Of a DNA stretch of 25,365 nucleotides, positions 7,909 to 16,845 are shown one piece after another. Position numbers and translations under genes: made by a program. Under the pieces are notes generated by a model. That model was not told the origin of the DNA. It was given only the letters and a program-made list of their open reading frames with translations, and did not search any database. Source of the DNA: a virus. Lineage: Duplodnaviria; Caudoviricetes. The stretch is from the IMG/VR virus record IMGVR_UViG_3300005573_001626, positions 1 through 25,365 of that record; one strand, 5' to 3'. Position 1 is the first letter of the stretch. Each line of letters starts with the position of its first letter.

Positions 7909-8201
7909 ATTTCTCACCCCGGCCCCTATATATAGCGCGCGTAAATTGAGGGGGGATATAGGGTGAAAAATAGTGAAATATTCGTAAGTGTGTGTTTTAT
8001 TTGAACTTACGTTCTCAAATCTTTCACCAATCTTTCACCATTTTTCACCCCCCCTTTTTGGTGCTCGCTGTGCAACTATGTGCTTTCGATGTATGTCACA
8101 CCCAAAAGACAGCAGTTGTTGTGTATTATTTGTGTATTTTCCGAACCTCATCCTGAATTTTTCACTATCTTTCACCAATTTTTCACCCAATTTTTCACCC
8201 C
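7909..8201. repeat. AT-rich iteron-like array, putative replication origin
   Basis: About 9-10 TTTCAC(C/T) units in clusters at 7961-7978 (inverted), 8021-8051 and 8160-8201. Also a 17-bp inverted repeat with 1 mismatch (7962-7978 vs 8160-8176). Lies directly downstream of the primase-helicase gene. Confidence 0.7.
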
Positions 8202-8226
8202 GTCGTTTTAGGTATTCGTATCCAGA

Positions 8227-10497
8227 CTATTGTCGTAGCTTGTAGACGCGCTGTGCATTGGTTCGAGTGGGGATCGTTACCCCCTCTATGTCCCCCTGCA
8301 GTTCTAATGTGGCAATAATTTCCTGAAATGTTCTTGAGTCGATCTTCATCCGCTTCAACAGCACACTGTGCGACAGGGTGTGGTCTGGGGCTTCGCGTAA
8401 CTTCTTGATCAGCTTCAGGCACAAAGCGTGGAACGGGTTGTCGGCTACGTGTTGCGATGCCATGAAGAGCATCCGCCGGCTTTGGTGCATGACGAGTTGC
8501 GCTGCCCACTGCACGGCTGCCCCGTGGATGCGGGGCTCACGGTGGTTTTCGCTGACCGCGTAAATGAGCGCCAGCTTGCGGACTTGTTCGCTGACTCTGC
8601 CCCACACGGTCGTCCCCACCGGGTCGTTGCGAGCTTCGGCCTTCGCATATTCGGCCTCGGCCTCTCTGCGATTCTCCACCAGCAATCTGCGGGCCTCCTC
8701 GGTATGCTCCACCACGGCCGGGACTGGGTGCCAGTTTTCTAAGTTGCCGTGACCGGGTCGGAAGTCGGCCCACCACTTGGCCGTCTCCAGCACGCGTGGT
8801 GGCACCTCCAGCACGCCGGGCTCCTGCCCGTCACTCCGCCGGCTGGCTTCCAGGATGAGCATCCGGGCGAAGAAGCCATTGGTGAGCATCCGCTCGTTGA
8901 GGGCTTCGTAGTAATGGTTGGGGATGGCCGTGCCGAAGAGCACCAGATGGGGCTGATCGATGACGCCGGGGTTCGGTCTGCCCGCCTTGGGCCGCATAGG
9001 AAAGATGCTGTTGGAGGCGGAGTAGAGCGTCAACAGGGTGTTCATGATGCTTTCATAGCGGGCATCCTTGGCCTTGTTGATGGACTGGAGCAGGCCGTCG
9101 ATTTCGTCGGTTTGAAAGAGCATCGCGGGATGGATGTTCAGGGCCTCCTGGATACCTTCACCCGAGGCCATGCGGTCGCCCAGGCAAGAGGCCATACCGA
9201 TGTGGTGCACAATCTGGGCGTTGAGTTTGCGAATCCAATCCTTGCCGACCGCAGAGTGGGCAAGCCCCAAGAGGTAGATGTTCGTGCGATTGTCGCCCGG
9301 GTCGCGGACCCGCCGCCCCGCCAGAAAGGCCTGCAGGGCGATCGCCCCGCCGAACGCCATCGCTTGGTTGGGATAAGGGGCGGTGGCTAGGCACACATCC
9401 ATGACCTCCGAGACGAACCCTGGAACTCGCAGCATTTCCTCAGGGATTGGCCCAGGGTCGTCCAGGCCGCTTTCCTGTTCCGGCTCGTGGTCCAGGATGC
9501 CCGATAGGTCCACAAGCTGCGTCACACCGGAATCGCCCCCGAAACCTTGGGCCCGCAAGGCGGACGCGGCGGCCGCGTAATCGCCGCCGTGCTCGAGCAG
9601 GGCATACACCGCAAACGGCGAGTAGGCCTGGTTGGGCTCGAAGGGCGCTCCGTTCGTGGTGAAGCAGTAGAACACGCCGTCCTTGAGCGTGGCTGAAGTG
9701 CCCGATGTCTTGCCCGGCCGTCGCCAGTGCTCGTTGCCATCACTGCCGGCACTGCGTGCCAGCGTCCAGCCGTGCCTTTGCAAGATGACCCTTACGTCGC
9801 CCCGTGCGTTGAAGTCGTCACCAGGGCGGCTGTTACCATTCCCGTTGCTTTTGGATGCGGTACCGTTGACGACGTCTGGCCAGTACTCGTTGAGCGACCA
9901 GGCCGCCTCTAAGAGCGTCTCACGTTCGGCAGGCGATAAGACCGGCAGATCGGCCAGGTCGCCTTGCACCGGCTCGTAGCCCGGCGTCGGGGCACACAGG
10001 AACAGTCCCCCTTCACCACGGGTTTCGATCATCGTCAGCACGACGTGCCAGCGGCCTTGGGCGTCCTGCTTCGGCTTGTAGGTCTTGCCGGCAATGGTCA
10101 CCTCGCCGGGGCCATCGACCAACTCCACACGCTGGGCCAGCTTGAGATTGCCAGAGACCGGTTCTTGGCAGCGATAGACGACATGCCAACCGCCCGAGGG
10201 TGATTGCTCGATGACGAGCCGATCGGGCAGCGTCGTGTCAACCTCGCGCACCTTGGCGTACCACGCATCGAAGGCCTCGCCCCCCAGGTCGAAGTCGAGC
10301 ATCTCCAGATTGCCCGAGACGCTTCCACAGACAAGACACAGACCATCCGCGCGTTGGCACCAGGCCGCAAGCTGTTCTTCGCTGGGCAGTGCGTGCTGGA
10401 ACTGCTTCCAGCGGGGCACAGCCGGGCGTTTTTCCGCCCGCACTGCAGGCAGGACGCACAAGTTTGCTCGCAGATATCGCAAGGCCGCTTTGATCAT
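8227..10497 (-). CDS. Bifunctional DNA primase/polymerase fused to a DUF3987-like helicase/ATPase domain
   Basis: Start reassigned to ATG 10497 (AGGAG RBS; 756 aa). Prim-pol motifs KRPAVPRWK, MLDFD, SPSGGWHVVY and IETRGEGG. C-terminal P-loop-like AHSAVGKD, LFQTDE and GFFARML. Confidence 0.85.
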   Translation of the reverse strand: MIKAALRYLRANLCVLPAVRAEKRPAVPRWKQFQHALPSEEQLAAWCQRADGLCLVCGSVSGNLEMLDFDLGGEAFDAWYAKVREVDTTLPDRLVIEQSPSGGWHVVYRCQEPVSGNLKLAQRVELVDGPGEVTIAGKTYKPKQDAQGRWHVVLTMIETRGEGGLFLCAPTPGYEPVQGDLADLPVLSPAERETLLEAAWSLNEYWPDVVNGTASKSNGNGNSRPGDDFNARGDVRVILQRHGWTLARSAGSDGNEHWRRPGKTSGTSATLKDGVFYCFTTNGAPFEPNQAYSPFAVYALLEHGGDYAAAASALRAQGFGGDSGVTQLVDLSGILDHEPEQESGLDDPGPIPEEMLRVPGFVSEVMDVCLATAPYPNQAMAFGGAIALQAFLAGRRVRDPGDNRTNIYLLGLAHSAVGKDWIRKLNAQIVHHIGMASCLGDRMASGEGIQEALNIHPAMLFQTDEIDGLLQSINKAKDARYESIMNTLLTLYSASNSIFPMRPKAGRPNPGVIDQPHLVLFGTAIPNHYYEALNERMLTNGFFARMLILEASRRSDGQEPGVLEVPPRVLETAKWWADFRPGHGNLENWHPVPAVVEHTEEARRLLVENRREAEAEYAKAEARNDPVGTTVWGRVSEQVRKLALIYAVSENHREPRIHGAAVQWAAQLVMHQSRRMLFMASQHVADNPFHALCLKLIKKLREAPDHTLSHSVLLKRMKIDSRTFQEIIATLELQGDIEGVTIPTRTNAQRVYKLRQ

Positions 10498-10513
10498 CCG
10501 CGCTCCTGCTTCC

Positions 10514-10789
10514 TTAAATCGCAAGTGCTGCGTGGTCATCTCGCACCGCGGGATCGCCGCAATGTGGGCAACGAGCGGGGGGCGTGCGCGGCGCATCGCG
10601 CCAGCCGCACGCATCGCAGCGCATCATGTATCCGCCGCCCAAGTCGCCGTGTCGCGTCAGGTGACACCAGCCACGACCATGCCCCCACACGAGCGGTTCG
10701 TCGCAGTGCAGGCAGCGAGCCTGCCAGTGTCGGCTCGCTATGCCTTCGGAAAACGCGGTTTCCAATGGGATGCCATATAGTTCAGACAT
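10514..10789 (-). CDS. Small Cys/His-rich zinc-finger protein
   Basis: 91 aa with CLHC, WCH, CDACG and CPHCG. Overlaps the upstream gene end and fills the operon gap exactly. Confidence 0.65.
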   Translation of the reverse strand: MSELYGIPLETAFSEGIASRHWQARCLHCDEPLVWGHGRGWCHLTRHGDLGGGYMMRCDACGWRDAPRTPPARCPHCGDPAVRDDHAALAI

Positions 10790-11153
10790 CGTGCCGTCTC
10801 CTTGCTGGAATGTCGATCATCTCGGGCAAAGCTTCTTCAAAGTGGCAGACGCCCAGGATATTCCAGGCGGCGTGGGCCAGGTGGTCTTCCGAATCGTCCC
10901 CGGCCAGGTACAGGTAGATGTGCCGGATGGCGTGATTGAGCATCACGCTGGCCGGGATGCCCTTCTGCCAGTTGTGCTCGCCATACTTCGCCGCCCCTTC
11001 CGCACAGGTCTCGGCCAAACGCCGCAGCCCGATGGGCGTGATCAAGTCCCAACGCTCGCCATCGGCGTCTGTGCTGCGGACGGCACCCGTAGCGAAGCGT
11101 GCCAGGCCTTCCTGGGACAACGTGACTGGTTGGCCAAGTGCCTCTTCGTTCAT
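10782..11153 (-). CDS. dATP/dGTP diphosphohydrolase domain protein (DUF5664-like)
   Basis: FATGAVR...RWDLI...GAAKYGEHNWQKG...AIRH...EDHLAHAAWN. AGGAG RBS. Confidence 0.85.
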   Translation of the reverse strand: MNEEALGQPVTLSQEGLARFATGAVRSTDADGERWDLITPIGLRRLAETCAEGAAKYGEHNWQKGIPASVMLNHAIRHIYLYLAGDDSEDHLAHAAWNILGVCHFEEALPEMIDIPARRRHDV

Positions 11154-11159
11154 AAGGTG

Positions 11160-11714
11160 TTACTCCTGTCTGGCTTGAACTGGCGGACCGCCGAATCGCT
11201 GGTAGATGGCCCTCCAGACCACAGTCCGCGGCACGAAAACGCACTGGCTGTGGTAGCCGCCGAACTCGGGTGTAAACTGCTCATGGGTCGGGTATTGCGC
11301 TGCCCATTGCCGCCAGTGCTCCTGGAACACGGCGCAGAGCATCGCAAACGGCACCAGGCACCAGCGGCCTGTGTCTTGCCAGAGCCATAGCACGTAGTCG
11401 GTTCGTTTCGTGGCGTCCCGCGTCCAGCCGACTTTCTGCTTTTCCATCACCGACCAGGTCTCCAAGGCCAGGTCGTCGGCCGGATCGGTCTTGCAAGCCC
11501 AATCTTCGGTGCGCCGCTTCACGTCCACGGATAGGTGATCGCCGCGGATGTGTTCCACCCAGTAGTCGGTCCCGCTGCGATCGTTGCTCCTGTGGGCCCG
11601 GTAGGCGGCCACCGCCCCCGGAATGGCGGTCAGCAAGATCTCCGCCACATTCAAGGGCGATGCCGTGCCATGGCTCATGGCAAGCTGTTCTTGAAACGAG
11701 TATTCAAGGGGCAT
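11160..11714 (-). CDS. Putative PD-(D/E)XK restriction-endonuclease-like protein
   Basis: Start reassigned to ATG 11714, overlapping the end of the MT-A70 gene (184 aa). Motif DRSGTDYW...LSVDVKRR...DLALETWS...GWT...TDY. Confidence 0.65.
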   Translation of the reverse strand: MPLEYSFQEQLAMSHGTASPLNVAEILLTAIPGAVAAYRAHRSNDRSGTDYWVEHIRGDHLSVDVKRRTEDWACKTDPADDLALETWSVMEKQKVGWTRDATKRTDYVLWLWQDTGRWCLVPFAMLCAVFQEHWRQWAAQYPTHEQFTPEFGGYHSQCVFVPRTVVWRAIYQRFGGPPVQARQE

Positions 11715-12867
11715 CCGCTTCCGCTCCCCATGCGACCCAGCCTTCTCGCTTGCCACGGGCGAACAACTCCAGGTACGGACCGGGGCTGCACGACTCGACC
11801 AGCTCGTAGAACGCCGCCGGTTTGCTCGAATGCCCTTGGGGGCCACGCGGGGCGGCGAACCACGTCCCCGCGTCCTTGCGCTTCAAAGGCTGCGAACCCC
11901 GCACGCCGAACAGCACATGCTCGGTCGATCCCCGGAAGTAATTCCCCATCCCGAAGTGCGGCTTGCACCAGGTCAGGGCGGTGATGTAGCGAAAGCCCCA
12001 GCGCTCCACAAGCACAAACCCCTTGGGCAGCGAGCGGTTGGTGATCCACAGGTACAAGTGGCTATGTTCGTCGGCCAACGCGGGAACGGGCAGCTCCAGC
12101 AGCTTCTCCAGCGGCATCGTGGCATAGACCGGCCGGGCACGCCCCAATTGATCGCAATCGCCTTCGTCGCCCCAGTCCCAGGGCGGGTCGAGAACGAGCG
12201 TGGCGAATTTCGCCCCTGTGGCCAGCAGATCGTCCAGCGAACCGGTCTGCTCGACCTGCCGGGCGTTGGCGGCACGCCGCTGCTGCCGCTGCCGCTCTTT
12301 TTCTTCTCGCTTCAGGCGGACGTATTCGGCGTGGACCGACGTTTCCCCGCGGCGAAGACGCTCTTTGGTCTGTTCGTCTGCCCGTCGGCTGATGTACTCA
12401 GCCTTGGCGATCGTGTCGTGAGACAGGTCGGCTTTCTTGGCAAGCCGTCGGTCGGTCCAACCTTCACCAGAATTCTGGTGATCCTCCATTGGTGGGGTAC
12501 TTTTCCCGCTGCGCTTTCTTTCCAGCGCTTCGGCCGCCAGCATGGCTTTCTCATGCAAGACCAGCTCAGCCCGCTGGAAGGGCGTCAGATTCCGCCGTCC
12601 CAATTGATGCTCGATGATCCACCGCTTGGCCGCGTTGCGGTCCGGTAGGCTCACCTGGCGGACCTGGTAGCCGATGCCGTGCTGCTCACAGATGGCTTTG
12701 CGGTGGTGGCCGTCCAAGAGCAGGCCCTGTTCCGCCCAGATCACCACGGGGGCCAGACAGCCGTCCCGCAGCAGGTTGGCTTCCAGCGTCTGGCGTTCCT
12801 CCTCGGCCAACGCGGGAATCAGGCTGCTGAACTCTGGGTCGATGATCACGTCGTTCGCCACGTCCAT
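11704..12867 (-). CDS. ParB-like N-terminal domain fused to an MT-A70 family adenine methyltransferase
   Basis: N-terminal LLLDGHHR...QLGRRNL plus an HTH-like segment. C-terminal LVLDPPW, HLYLWITN, GMGNYFRGSTEH, HSSKP and YLELFAR. Confidence 0.9.
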   Translation of the reverse strand: MDVANDVIIDPEFSSLIPALAEEERQTLEANLLRDGCLAPVVIWAEQGLLLDGHHRKAICEQHGIGYQVRQVSLPDRNAAKRWIIEHQLGRRNLTPFQRAELVLHEKAMLAAEALERKRSGKSTPPMEDHQNSGEGWTDRRLAKKADLSHDTIAKAEYISRRADEQTKERLRRGETSVHAEYVRLKREEKERQRQQRRAANARQVEQTGSLDDLLATGAKFATLVLDPPWDWGDEGDCDQLGRARPVYATMPLEKLLELPVPALADEHSHLYLWITNRSLPKGFVLVERWGFRYITALTWCKPHFGMGNYFRGSTEHVLFGVRGSQPLKRKDAGTWFAAPRGPQGHSSKPAAFYELVESCSPGPYLELFARGKREGWVAWGAEADAP

Positions 12868-12885
12868 GCGGGAATGCCTCCTTGC

Positions 12886-14151
12886 TCACGCGCGTGCCAC
12901 ATGGCACACCTTTCCTAAGTCCGCAAAGGCCTGACGGAATTTTTTCGCATTGGTTCCGCAGTAGATCACCGCCTGGCCCTGGAGCGGGCTCGCCAGCTCC
13001 TTCTCCGGATGCCAGAACTTGACCCGCCCGGCAGGGAAACAGACGCACTGGGCCGCGTCCAAAAGCGTCTGAAACCACCGCGTCTCTGTGGCGTTGTTGA
13101 CGAGCACCACCGCTTCCGTCACGTCCCCCTGCTGAACGTGCTGAACAAGCTTCTCGCAGAACTGCTGCACCAAGGGCTGGGCGTAGGGCGGGTTGAGGAA
13201 CACGCGGCCCCGCCAAGGGTGTTTGAGTCCATCCTGTTCGGCCGTGAAGTATCTCGCTGCTCGGACTACTTGGTTGGCTACGGGTGTGGAGGCAGGATCG
13301 AGGTCGATTGCGCCCATGACGGCCATGGCTCGTTCGATGAACTCCGGGGGTGTGTACCACTCGCTCTCCCCGCTGTTGTAGGCGACATGGGGCAGGACGC
13401 TTTCCTGTCGGTCAAGCTCATCCGGTTCGTTGAGGCCGGGCTCCCAGACAGTGTTTCTCTGTGGCAAGGAATCCGCTGGAGTCGGTTCTTTGGGCTCAGC
13501 GTGCTCAATGACTTCCACTTGTGGTGTAGGCCGCAACGCCGCGTTGACCCGCTCTTCGACTTCCGCCACGGTGGGGCTGGCCCGTCCGATCCACTCGACG
13601 AACTCGGGCCACAGCTGGCGAGGGAGTTTGTGGACGGCGGCCAGGTGCTGGGCCTTGTCCAAGAAACTGTTAAGTTGACTTGACAGTTTCTCCACGGCCG
13701 ACACGACCTCAGCCGCTTGCCGAAGTTGCCAGAGGTATTGGATGGTCTTTCCTATGCTTCTGGCGTACTGGCGCAATCCACCGCGCAGCCCACGCCCCCC
13801 CTTGGCTACTGGCACAGCCTTCAGACAATGCAGGCCGATCTCCAGCGGCGCCAGTTCTCCCTGATTATTCGACAGCACCAATTCCATGAAGGCCGACTCG
13901 TCGTCGAGCGGCTCCACCCAGGCCCAGATCTGCTGTAAGCCTGCGTTGCGGGCCGCACGCACCCGCTGGTGGCCCGACAAGATCTGATACCGCTCGCCTA
14001 TCGGCCTCACATGGATCGCGTGCTTCTGCGGGTAGCAGCCATTCAGGTTGGCCGCAATCGCATCGATCACGTCCTGACGGAACCACAGCCGCGGGTTATC
14101 GGGGTGGTCATCCAGACGTTCCAGGGGCAAGCATTCCAAGGTTGCACTCAT
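12886..14151 (-). CDS. ParB N-terminal domain fused to a phage-type DNA N6-adenine methyltransferase (Dam-like)
   Basis: N-terminal HPDNPR...[14 protein letters not shown]-terminal EWYTP, IDLDPAS, DGLKHPW, VFLNPPY and TETRWFQ. Confidence 0.88.
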   Translation of the reverse strand: MSATLECLPLERLDDHPDNPRLWFRQDVIDAIAANLNGCYPQKHAIHVRPIGERYQILSGHQRVRAARNAGLQQIWAWVEPLDDESAFMELVLSNNQGELAPLEIGLHCLKAVPVAKGGRGLRGGLRQYARSIGKTIQYLWQLRQAAEVVSAVEKLSSQLNSFLDKAQHLAAVHKLPRQLWPEFVEWIGRASPTVAEVEERVNAALRPTPQVEVIEHAEPKEPTPADSLPQRNTVWEPGLNEPDELDRQESVLPHVAYNSGESEWYTPPEFIERAMAVMGAIDLDPASTPVANQVVRAARYFTAEQDGLKHPWRGRVFLNPPYAQPLVQQFCEKLVQHVQQGDVTEAVVLVNNATETRWFQTLLDAAQCVCFPAGRVKFWHPEKELASPLQGQAVIYCGTNAKKFRQAFADLGKVCHVARA

Positions 14152-14166
14152 GGCGTCACCTCACGG

Positions 14167-15855
14167 TCAGAACGGAACATCGTCCAAGTCATATTCCGCG
14201 TCATCAACAAGCACAGGCTCCGGCATGTCTCCCAGTGTGTAGCCCACGATCCGCTCGTATTTCTCACCGGCTACCCGGCGGACGACGATCTTCTTAGTCC
14301 AGGCCACGCCACCCGCGTCGGCGATCTCCACGGCCCGCTCGGCCGTGTCGGGCACCGGGTCGGGCGAACGCTTTTTCCACCACTGCTCGGCCTTCCAGCG
14401 GGCGTAGCCGGTGTGCTCGAAACAGACCCACTCCGAAACCCAGGTGAACTGGCCGATCCGGTAATCCACCCGCATACTTTGGGGGGCATCCGGCGGGGCG
14501 TCGCGCTTGGTGTGGACGCTGTAGCGGACGTCGTGCACGTCGTATTCGATATCTGTGACCTGGCCAGAGAGCACGCCAGCAGTGCCAGCCCTGGCATCGT
14601 GCTTTTGCCTTTCCGGGGGCGGGAATTTGTGCCCGCACTCGGGACAGGTGGCATAACCGGCAGCAATGACTGCGTGGCACTCGGGGCACTGTTTGGCCGG
14701 GGTTTGGCCGCTCCCGCGTTCGGACGCATCGGATATTTTGAGTTGATCTACCGGCCCATGTCGCAGCGCGTTCCCGCCGAAATCCAAGACAAGGCAGTTC
14801 TGCTTGCCCGGGTGCAATCGAAAACCGCGACCCACCATCTGGTAATAGAGCCCCGGCGACATCGTGGGCCGCAGGATGGCCACGCAGTCGATGTTCGGGG
14901 CGTCAAAGCCTGTGGTGAGGACATTGACGTTCACTAGGTATTTGAGCGGCTTGCACGGCAGGAGCATGCCGTCCGTCTGGCGGCGGAAACGGGCGATCAG
15001 CTCTGCCCGCTGATCTCCGGGAGTATTGCCGTCGATGAATCCCACATCCTGCCCTGTCATCTCGGCCAACACTTTGGCCACATGCTTTCCGTGACGCACT
15101 CCGGATGCAAACACCAGCACGCTCTGCCGGTCGTGCGTGTAGGCGACGATTTCACTGCAAGCGGCCGCCACCAGGCGGTCGTCGTCCATCAGGTCTTCCA
15201 CCTCATCGGCCACGAACTCGCCGCCGCGAACGTGGAGCCGCTCGAAGTCGGCCTTGTTGATCCCGGCCTTGGTGACCAGTGGGCAGAGATAGCCGTCCCG
15301 GATCAGCTCCCGCACACCAACTTCGTAGCAGATGTGGTTGAGGATGCCGTCCGGCGTGCAGATCGGCCCGCTGGCCAGGCGGAACGGCGTGGCCGTCAGC
15401 CCGATGACCCGCAGGTGCGGATTGACGACCTTCGCCTCGGCCAGGAAGGTGCGGTACATCCCTTCGCCGTCAGGCGGAATCAAATGGGCCTCGTCAACGA
15501 TCACCAAGTCGAAGGCGTCCAGCTCGCAGGCCCGCTTGTAGATCGACTGGATGCCGGCGACGATCACCGGCTTGTCCGTCTCGCGGCGATTAAGTCCTGC
15601 CGAGTAGATGCCGATGGGTACCTCTGGGCACAGCCGGCAAATCTTCTCGGCGTTCTGCTCCAGCAGTTCCTTCACGTGGGCCAGCACCAGAACTCGGCCA
15701 TTCCACCTGAGCACAGCGTCCTTGACCAATTGGGCGATGACCCAGCTCTTCCCCCCTGCGGTGGGAAGCACCACCGCTGGGTTGTCGTCCCGCGTGCGGA
15801 GGTGCTCGTACACGGCATCGACGGCGGCCTGCTGGTACGGGCGGAGTTGCGTCAC
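14167..15855 (-). CDS. SF2 DEAD/DEAH helicase, RadD/YejH-like, with a C-terminal zinc finger
   Basis: LRPYQ, PTAGGKS, DEAH, GLTATP, LTTGFDAP, QMVGRGFR and CPEC-x-CPEC. Confidence 0.92.
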   Translation of the reverse strand: MTQLRPYQQAAVDAVYEHLRTRDDNPAVVLPTAGGKSWVIAQLVKDAVLRWNGRVLVLAHVKELLEQNAEKICRLCPEVPIGIYSAGLNRRETDKPVIVAGIQSIYKRACELDAFDLVIVDEAHLIPPDGEGMYRTFLAEAKVVNPHLRVIGLTATPFRLASGPICTPDGILNHICYEVGVRELIRDGYLCPLVTKAGINKADFERLHVRGGEFVADEVEDLMDDDRLVAAACSEIVAYTHDRQSVLVFASGVRHGKHVAKVLAEMTGQDVGFIDGNTPGDQRAELIARFRRQTDGMLLPCKPLKYLVNVNVLTTGFDAPNIDCVAILRPTMSPGLYYQMVGRGFRLHPGKQNCLVLDFGGNALRHGPVDQLKISDASERGSGQTPAKQCPECHAVIAAGYATCPECGHKFPPPERQKHDARAGTAGVLSGQVTDIEYDVHDVRYSVHTKRDAPPDAPQSMRVDYRIGQFTWVSEWVCFEHTGYARWKAEQWWKKRSPDPVPDTAERAVEIADAGGVAWTKKIVVRRVAGEKYERIVGYTLGDMPEPVLVDDAEYDLDDVPF

Positions 15856-16241
15856 GCCGGCACCTCCATGCCATCCGGCAAGATGTCTCGCCTTCGGATC
15901 ACCACCACGGCCTTGCCCCCTTCTACAACATCTCGCTTCTCGACGGAAAGCCGTTCAATCAAGCTGTCGTCCAAGTACACGCCTGCGTGCTCCAGTGCAT
16001 CGAGCAAGCCCTTTAGGGTATTGTCCAGGTCGCGTCGTCGACGATCAGGTGGATACAGTAAGACTTCCACACTCAGCGGACCGGTCAAAGGTATTTGTTC
16101 GGCCACACGGTCGATTCGCTCCACGGCGGCCGCCACCTCGCGGCGATATGCCCGTCCCTGGCGGCTGATCAGGGTTCGCGGCCCTACTCGTCGCCAGTAG
16201 TGATTGACGGATGGCGGGTACGGGAGCTCGACCGTGAGCAT
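15852..16241 (-). CDS. rusA: RusA family Holliday junction resolvase
   Basis: Start reassigned to ATG 16241. LPYPPSVNHYWR, PPDRRRRDLDNTLKGLLDAL and DDSLI. Confidence 0.92.
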   Translation of the reverse strand: MLTVELPYPPSVNHYWRRVGPRTLISRQGRAYRREVAAAVERIDRVAEQIPLTGPLSVEVLLYPPDRRRRDLDNTLKGLLDALEHAGVYLDDSLIERLSVEKRDVVEGGKAVVVIRRRDILPDGMEVPA

Positions 16242-16317
16242 GGTGTCCCTTTCTTCGTGCGGTGGTAAAGGTCTGTGTGTTGCTGGTAAGCGGCATGAGC
16301 TTCCTTTTTCAAACAAC

Positions 16318-16376
16318 GCCCACGCATGGGTACGGGGAGTCTGAGCTGCGAGAGCTACGCCACCCCATGCGTGGGC
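16318..16376. other. Intergenic stem-loop (perfect 13-bp inverted repeat)
   Basis: GCCCACGCATGGG (16318-16330) pairs with CCCATGCGTGGGC (16364-16376). Confidence 0.7.
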
Positions 16377-16388
16377 TGTGATGCTTAG

Positions 16389-16841
16389 TTAGCGTCGCCA
16401 GGGCGGCGTGCTCGATTGGGCCTGCTGCGGCCGGCCGGTCACGGCGTCTCGCTTTTCGTAACCCTTGATGACGTTCGTGATCTCGTCGGTGTCCTTGCGC
16501 TTCTTGCAGGCCACACGGATCACCAGCGGTAGGTTATGCAACTCCACGCTGTCGCGGGGAGTCAAAACGCCGACTGCCCGGCAAATGGCCGACAGTTCGG
16601 CCTTAGCGATTTTCACGGCGAGCTGGTTAGGATTGTCCAAATTGAGCCGTGCCCAGAGCTGCCGGCCCTTGTGTTCGCCTTCAACGATCGTGAACACCAG
16701 TTCCAGGTAGCTGCCTGTGCCGGCCTGATTCGGTTTCATCTCTGAGGAAGTGATCATCGCCAGATACTTCCCGGCCGGAATGGGATCGAATGTGGTCATA
16801 GGCTCAATTTGCGAGGCATCAAATCCAGCTAGATTGGCCAT
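16389..16841 (-). CDS. DUF669 family protein (putative phage ssDNA-binding protein)
   Basis: FDPIPAGKY...GSYLELVFTIVEGEHKGRQLWARLNL...NVIKGY and a C-terminal PPW. Follows the AAA ATPase. Confidence 0.8.
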   Translation of the reverse strand: MANLAGFDASQIEPMTTFDPIPAGKYLAMITSSEMKPNQAGTGSYLELVFTIVEGEHKGRQLWARLNLDNPNQLAVKIAKAELSAICRAVGVLTPRDSVELHNLPLVIRVACKKRKDTDEITNVIKGYEKRDAVTGRPQQAQSSTPPWRR

Positions 16842-16845
16842 GCTT

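Noticed and set aside
7909-8201. Possible CRISPR array
   Set aside because: Units are only 7-11 bp with no unique spacers, and no cas genes are present.
7988-8245. 85-aa Phe-rich ORF
   Set aside because: It is a translation of the TTTCAC repeats and has no RBS.
10782-11153. 2-aminoadenine (Z-genome) pathway
   Set aside because: No PurZ-like gene or HD-domain dATPase is visible in the window. A diphosphohydrolase alone is insufficient.
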